Below, piece by piece: positions 59,600 through 64,000 of a stretch of DNA of 64,000 nucleotides. The DNA is from Orbicella franksi. Taxonomy: Eukaryota. The stretch lies in NCBI GenBank assembly GCA_964199315.1, contig OZ116710.1, positions 19,840,001-19,904,000 of the forward strand, in the 5' to 3' direction. Position numbers and translations under genes: made by a program. Position 1 is the first letter of the stretch. Every line of letters starts with the position of its first letter. Under the pieces are notes generated by a model. That model had not been told where the DNA came from, did no database searches, and was given only the letters and a program-made list of their open reading frames with translations.

Positions 59600-60877
59600 G
59601 TTGCTGGTGGAGATGTCAGCAAGCTTCCATCAAACTTCTGGATAAACAATTTACAGAACACTCAACACAATGCTTCCTCAGGAAGACCTGTGATCTGTGA
59701 ACACTGTGACAGTGGTGACTCAGCTATTTCACATTGCAGTAACTGCCGTGTTTACATGTGCAAGTTTTGTGTTACTGCACACAAGAGAATCCTTGCAACC
59801 AAAGATCACAAGATTTTATCCTTGGAGGAAGTCAGGAGACTTGGTACCAAAATCCCCAAAAAGCCAGCTATGTGTAGCAAACATAGTGGAGAAACTCTTA
59901 AATTGTTCTGCAAAACATGCCAGAGGATAATTTGCAGAGATTGCATCATTGTGGATCACTGTAACCATAAATACAGCTTTGTTGCTGAAGTTGCTACTAA
60001 AGAAAGGAAAATTCTTCAGGCTGTTCTTCAAGAAACAAAAAGCAAAGAGCGTGCAGTAGAAGAGGGTTTGAAAGCATTAGAAACAATGAAAAATCGTGTC
60101 CATGATAAGGCTGCTACAGTAAACAAGGACGTTGATGCCTTTTTTGACAAGCAAGTGAAGGAATTGGAGCATTTACGAGCAGACCTTAAGCGTGAAGTTT
60201 CTACGCAAGAGCGAGGAAAAGCCACACAGCTTAGTAGACAAAGTGAAAAGCTCTTGTCATTTTTGAGGCAGTTGAAATGTGGTATTAAATTCTGTGATCA
60301 AGCTATGGCAGATGGTGATGATGTGGCATTGCTGTCTGTGAAGAATCAAGTTATCCAACGACTTTCCCAACTCAATGCAGAACAATATGACTGTCAGCCA
60401 TGTCAGAATGATTTTCTAAAGCTATGTGTGCGTAAAGAAATTGCAGACATTGGGAAAATGGCTGTAATATCTTGTGTTCCTATCGACCCAGAGAAATGTG
60501 TTCTCAGCATGTTAGGAGGGGAGAAAGGAGTCTTATATGACACTTTAGCTGGACAGACTGTTGATTTCTTGCTCACTTTAAATCATGAAGAGGGAGCTTG
60601 TACAGCATATAGCTGTGCTGTTAGTTCTGTTAGTGCTATTGTTAAATACAAACCACATGGTCAGATAGAAACACAGGAAAAATTCCTTTCAGTATGTGAC
60701 GATGGTGGTGGGTCATACAGCTTTTCCTTTCTTCCAAAGGATGTTGGACAAGTTGTGCTTTCAGTGAAAGTTGAAGGCCAGCACATACACGGGAGTCCCT
60801 TCATTTGGCAAGCAAAGGATAAACGTTCAAATTTCACAGTTAAGGGCGTAAAGAAGATGAAAATGACATCTACCTGA
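59600..60877 (+). CDS. TRIM coding exon 2: B-box1, B-box2, coiled coil, filamin domain (TRIM45-like architecture); spliced protein 487 aa
   Basis: tctttttag acceptor, phase 0; LPSNFWINNL; CEHC..CSNC..MCKFC..AH; CSKH..FCKTC..ICRDC..DH..H; GSYSFSF.P...G...LSVKVEGQHIHGSPF. Confidence 0.92.
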   Translation, partial: VAGGDVSKLPSNFWINNLQNTQHNASSGRPVICEHCDSGDSAISHCSNCRVYMCKFCVTAHKRILATKDHKILSLEEVRRLGTKIPKKPAMCSKHSGETLKLFCKTCQRIICRDCIIVDHCNHKYSFVAEVATKERKILQAVLQETKSKERAVEEGLKALETMKNRVHDKAATVNKDVDAFFDKQVKELEHLRADLKREVSTQERGKATQLSRQSEKLLSFLRQLKCGIKFCDQAMADGDDVALLSVKNQVIQRLSQLNAEQYDCQPCQNDFLKLCVRKEIADIGKMAVISCVPIDPEKCVLSMLGGEKGVLYDTLAGQTVDFLLTLNHEEGACTAYSCAVSSVSAIVKYKPHGQIETQEKFLSVCDDGGGSYSFSFLPKDVGQVVLSVKVEGQHIHGSPFIWQAKDKRSNFTVKGVKKMKMTST

Positions 60878-61797
60878 CCCTTGATTTTTAAGAGAATTTC
60901 CTGATTATTTGACGTGTGACTCACAGTATTGCCTTGGCAATTCTATATTTCCTGTATGTTCCTCTTGTTACACAAATAAGCATTCCCTGAACTTCTAAAT
61001 CTTGGATTTGCCAAATTTTGCTAATTAAAAGCGTCTTATATGGAGAGAGCACATCAGAAAGAGTAGTTTTGGAAGGGGTTCGGCAAGAAGTAGAATAAAA
61101 ACTATAAGAATTATTAATAACCTAAGAAATAGTGAAACTAGAAAGATCTTAAAAGTTTAAAAATTCATATATGAAGCCATTTGAGAGAACAAAAAATTGA
61201 AAAAGTAGAAATTCAAGAAAACAAATTGGTGACCAAGCAGCTCAGATTATTTTTAAAAGGTTAAATGACAAAAACTTAGTTCTTATTTCATTAATCTGCA
61301 TCTTGTTGATTTTGACATAGAAAGTAAATAGGGTACATTTAAAGACAGTGCACCCAAAACAGTTTGTGCATATTTTTGTTAGTTTCCACAGTATCGCTTG
61401 TCTTCCATGGCACTATTTACCATCAAAATGGACCAAAAACTATTCCTGTATAATAGCTTTAGAATAAAAATAAAAATCAAACTGACTAATAATTTCTTTC
61501 AGCAAACATTTACAGTCAAGACAGCTGTAGCATTCTGCTGAAATAATAAGCGATGCTTTTCTTGATTAATCCAATAGAGAGAGTTGATAGTGAATGTGCT
61601 TTATAGTAAGTGATTTGATAACAAAGATAATTACAACAGTTTGTTTCCTAGAGTGAGATTTGTACATCTGATGGTGATGCAACAGCTTTCTCTCATTCAT
61701 GCTCCTCCAATCACATGAATATCATTGCACCTTTCAATAACATGAAGACTCTAAAATTCAAAGCTCAACTGACAAATGCATTTTTTGCTACCGTCAA

Positions 61798-61933
61798 TCA
61801 AATGTTTGGCAACTCCTCCCAGCTTCCGACTACTGCCGAGTGCATGGTAATAAAATCGTTGAGCACAGTTAAGACAACGAAGCAGTGCTCGGCAGTAGTG
61901 TGAAGCTGGGAGGAGCTGATATTCAACATTTGA
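61798..61933. other. Long imperfect hairpin downstream of the TRIM stop
   Basis: Perfect 14-bp and 12-bp stems plus outer 9-bp and inner 6-bp stems. Confidence 0.75.
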
Positions 61934-62554
61934 ATGGAAGCTAGGTAGAATGATTGCCGGGATCATTCAGCTGTAGTTTTAAATGTCCAAAATCAAAGGT
62001 AAAAAGTCTGCATACAAGCAAAGTGGCCCGCTAGGCCCACTTCAAAATCAAAGCAATATTGAATTTACAGAAGCATTGGTTATTATTTGGTGGGACACTT
62101 CAGCTGTCTTGACTTTAAATTGATTTTACTTTTCTGGTGGGGAATGTTTGAGTTATACTCTCAGTGTTGCTAGATTAGGAGCAATATTATTAGAATTTTT
62201 TAATACTGAACATTATGACCATTTATCCTGCAAATTTTGTAGATTGAAATTTAATTGCAATAGCTTCTTTAAAACCAGAAAATCAGGTTTTAATCCTAAG
62301 CAAATTGCCTGAAGTTATTGTTATTTTTTAATATTACATGTAATAACAGTTTTACATATTGTATTGAAAAGGTGCCTAGAAAGATTTGACCTTTGGATAA
62401 AGTTATTGTTAGATTAGGAAAGTTATATTGGAATTTTTAATACCAAATGATGTCAGTTATCTTTAAACTTTGTAGATTAGAATTAGATTGCAATAGCAGC
62501 TTCTGTCAGGAAGATAGGATTTAATTGTCCTGAGCGGGTGGGGGGGGGGGGGGG

Positions 62555-62920
62555 GAGGGTGTGGGGCACCCATATGAAAAGGTTGGGGATGCTTGTTGGA
62601 AAATTTGAATTAGACCCTTAAATGACAACAATCAGGGTGTCGCTCAAGCTTTATTTGACTCCTAAAAGATACCACTTAAAACGGACTAGGCTAAATTACC
62701 AGCCCCTGTTCAGGAAAGGTGCCTGCATTAGTAGATGGGACTTGCGAGACCAGTGGAAATCAAGCCTAAAAATGGAAATAAGAGCGTTTTTTTAAATTAC
62801 TATTTCTTTGAGTCTACCCTAAAAGATACTTTGACGGCTAAAAATAGTGGCATTTCATCACGAGCACCCTAAGTGAGACGACCAGCATCCCCGACCTTTC
62901 TATATGGGAATCCCCCCCAG
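62555..62920. mobile_element. MITE with G-rich TIRs
   Basis: ggggcacccatatgaaaaggttggggatgcttgt versus the reverse complement of the right end, gggggattcccatatagaaaggtcggggatgctggt. Confidence 0.7.
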
Positions 62921-63443
62921 GATTGTATGCAATAAGATTTCCCTGAAGTCCTTGTTAACAGTTTTATGCTTTTGTATCAAAAATTTTTAGATTCTACCAG
63001 TAGAGTTACCTAGTATTTGAAGTAAAGTTATTGTTAGTTTTACTATTTGGGAAGCTTCTTTCTAAAGGAAGGTGCAGCTGCAGGGAATTCTCTGTCTAGT
63101 GTTTTAAAATGGAAAAAAAACTCCTAGTTACTGACAATCGGTTTACTCCTGTATTCTTGAATTATGAAAAAAATTGATAAGGAAATTCTGACTCCCGCAG
63201 CTTTCAAGTTGTCCTCCAGAATTTTACTCCCCTCCCCCTCCCTACTCCCCCTCCCCCCCTCCCCCCCTCCCTACTTCCTGCTAAATGCTCTGGAACATTC
63301 ATGAAGGACCATATAAACAACATCATGTAAACTTCAATGACTCAGTTTATTATTATTCTGTTTCGGAAATAATTTTTAGCTAGAATGAGTTTTCTCAAAT
63401 CCTTGTAACATTGCCACCGCCAAATCTTGATTGAATGGTACAT

Positions 63444-63500
63444 TGTGAACCTGGTGAGCCTGGTGAGCCTGGTGAGCCTGGTGAGCCTGGTGAGCCTGGT
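63444..63500. repeat. 9-bp minisatellite (CCTGGTGAG)n, about 6 units
   Basis: Direct reading of the sequence. Confidence 0.95.
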
Positions 63501-64000
63501 GTCCCTGTGCATACGGTAGTACACCTTAGTGTGTTTGTGTTTTTGGAATGATGGCTGAAATAACTATGACTAAGTTTCTCTCTTAAACTGATGATGAGGA
63601 ACTTTTTGCTACCACTTAGTTGTAAAGCCTTTGTTATGATAGTAATTTAATCACCGGTTTATTAGTATAATAGTGTCATGTGAATTAGATTCTGCATCAA
63701 ACCTCATAATTTTTGAAATAAAGGCATTCAATAATGACCTGCTTCAAACAGTTAAGGCAGCAAACTGAGTTCCTGATCCTAAGCCAAAACATGAAGGATG
63801 CTCTGCTTGCGAAGACTTAAATCCTGAAAAATGTGCAGATTTGAAGTCTTTGAAGGCATGCTCTCTCAAGACTTACAAAGAGTGCAGGGTGTAATTTCAG
63901 GACGGTGCCACTGGAGTGGTCTTTGTTTACCTTTCCTAGATGAGACTTCGTAGTTTGTAGATCCAGTTTTCTTGGGTATCTACTGTGCCCTTAAAAATCC

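Overview
Eukaryotic, AT-rich, spliceosomal-intron genomic DNA. The repeat landscape and gene content suggest a stony coral or related anthozoan (inference). Left to right: (1) the 3' end of an RTE-type LINE; (2) a complete 5-exon SNRK kinase gene (+, 809 aa, C-terminal CCQIF); (3) a 2-exon stathmin-domain (STMND1-like) gene (-) with an in-frame TGA at codon 111; (4) about 20 kb of noncoding DNA with two candidate alternative first exons and proneural E-box clusters; (5) a 10-exon MTG/ETO/nervy co-repressor gene (+, NHR1-NHR4/MYND); (6) a tandem array of four intronless Rab32/38-derived genes (-); (7) an RBCC-filamin TRIM gene (+); and many MITEs and SINEs, some nested. The top candidate for an undescribed system is the Rab-like array. 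In it the G1, G3, G4 and G5 nucleotide-binding motifs are replaced, the usual Rab C-terminal prenyl cysteines are absent, the switch regions diverge, and one 137-nt block is nearly identical across all four copies. Exon boundaries were read by hand and checked for phase. Family assignments come from recalled motifs; no database search was run.
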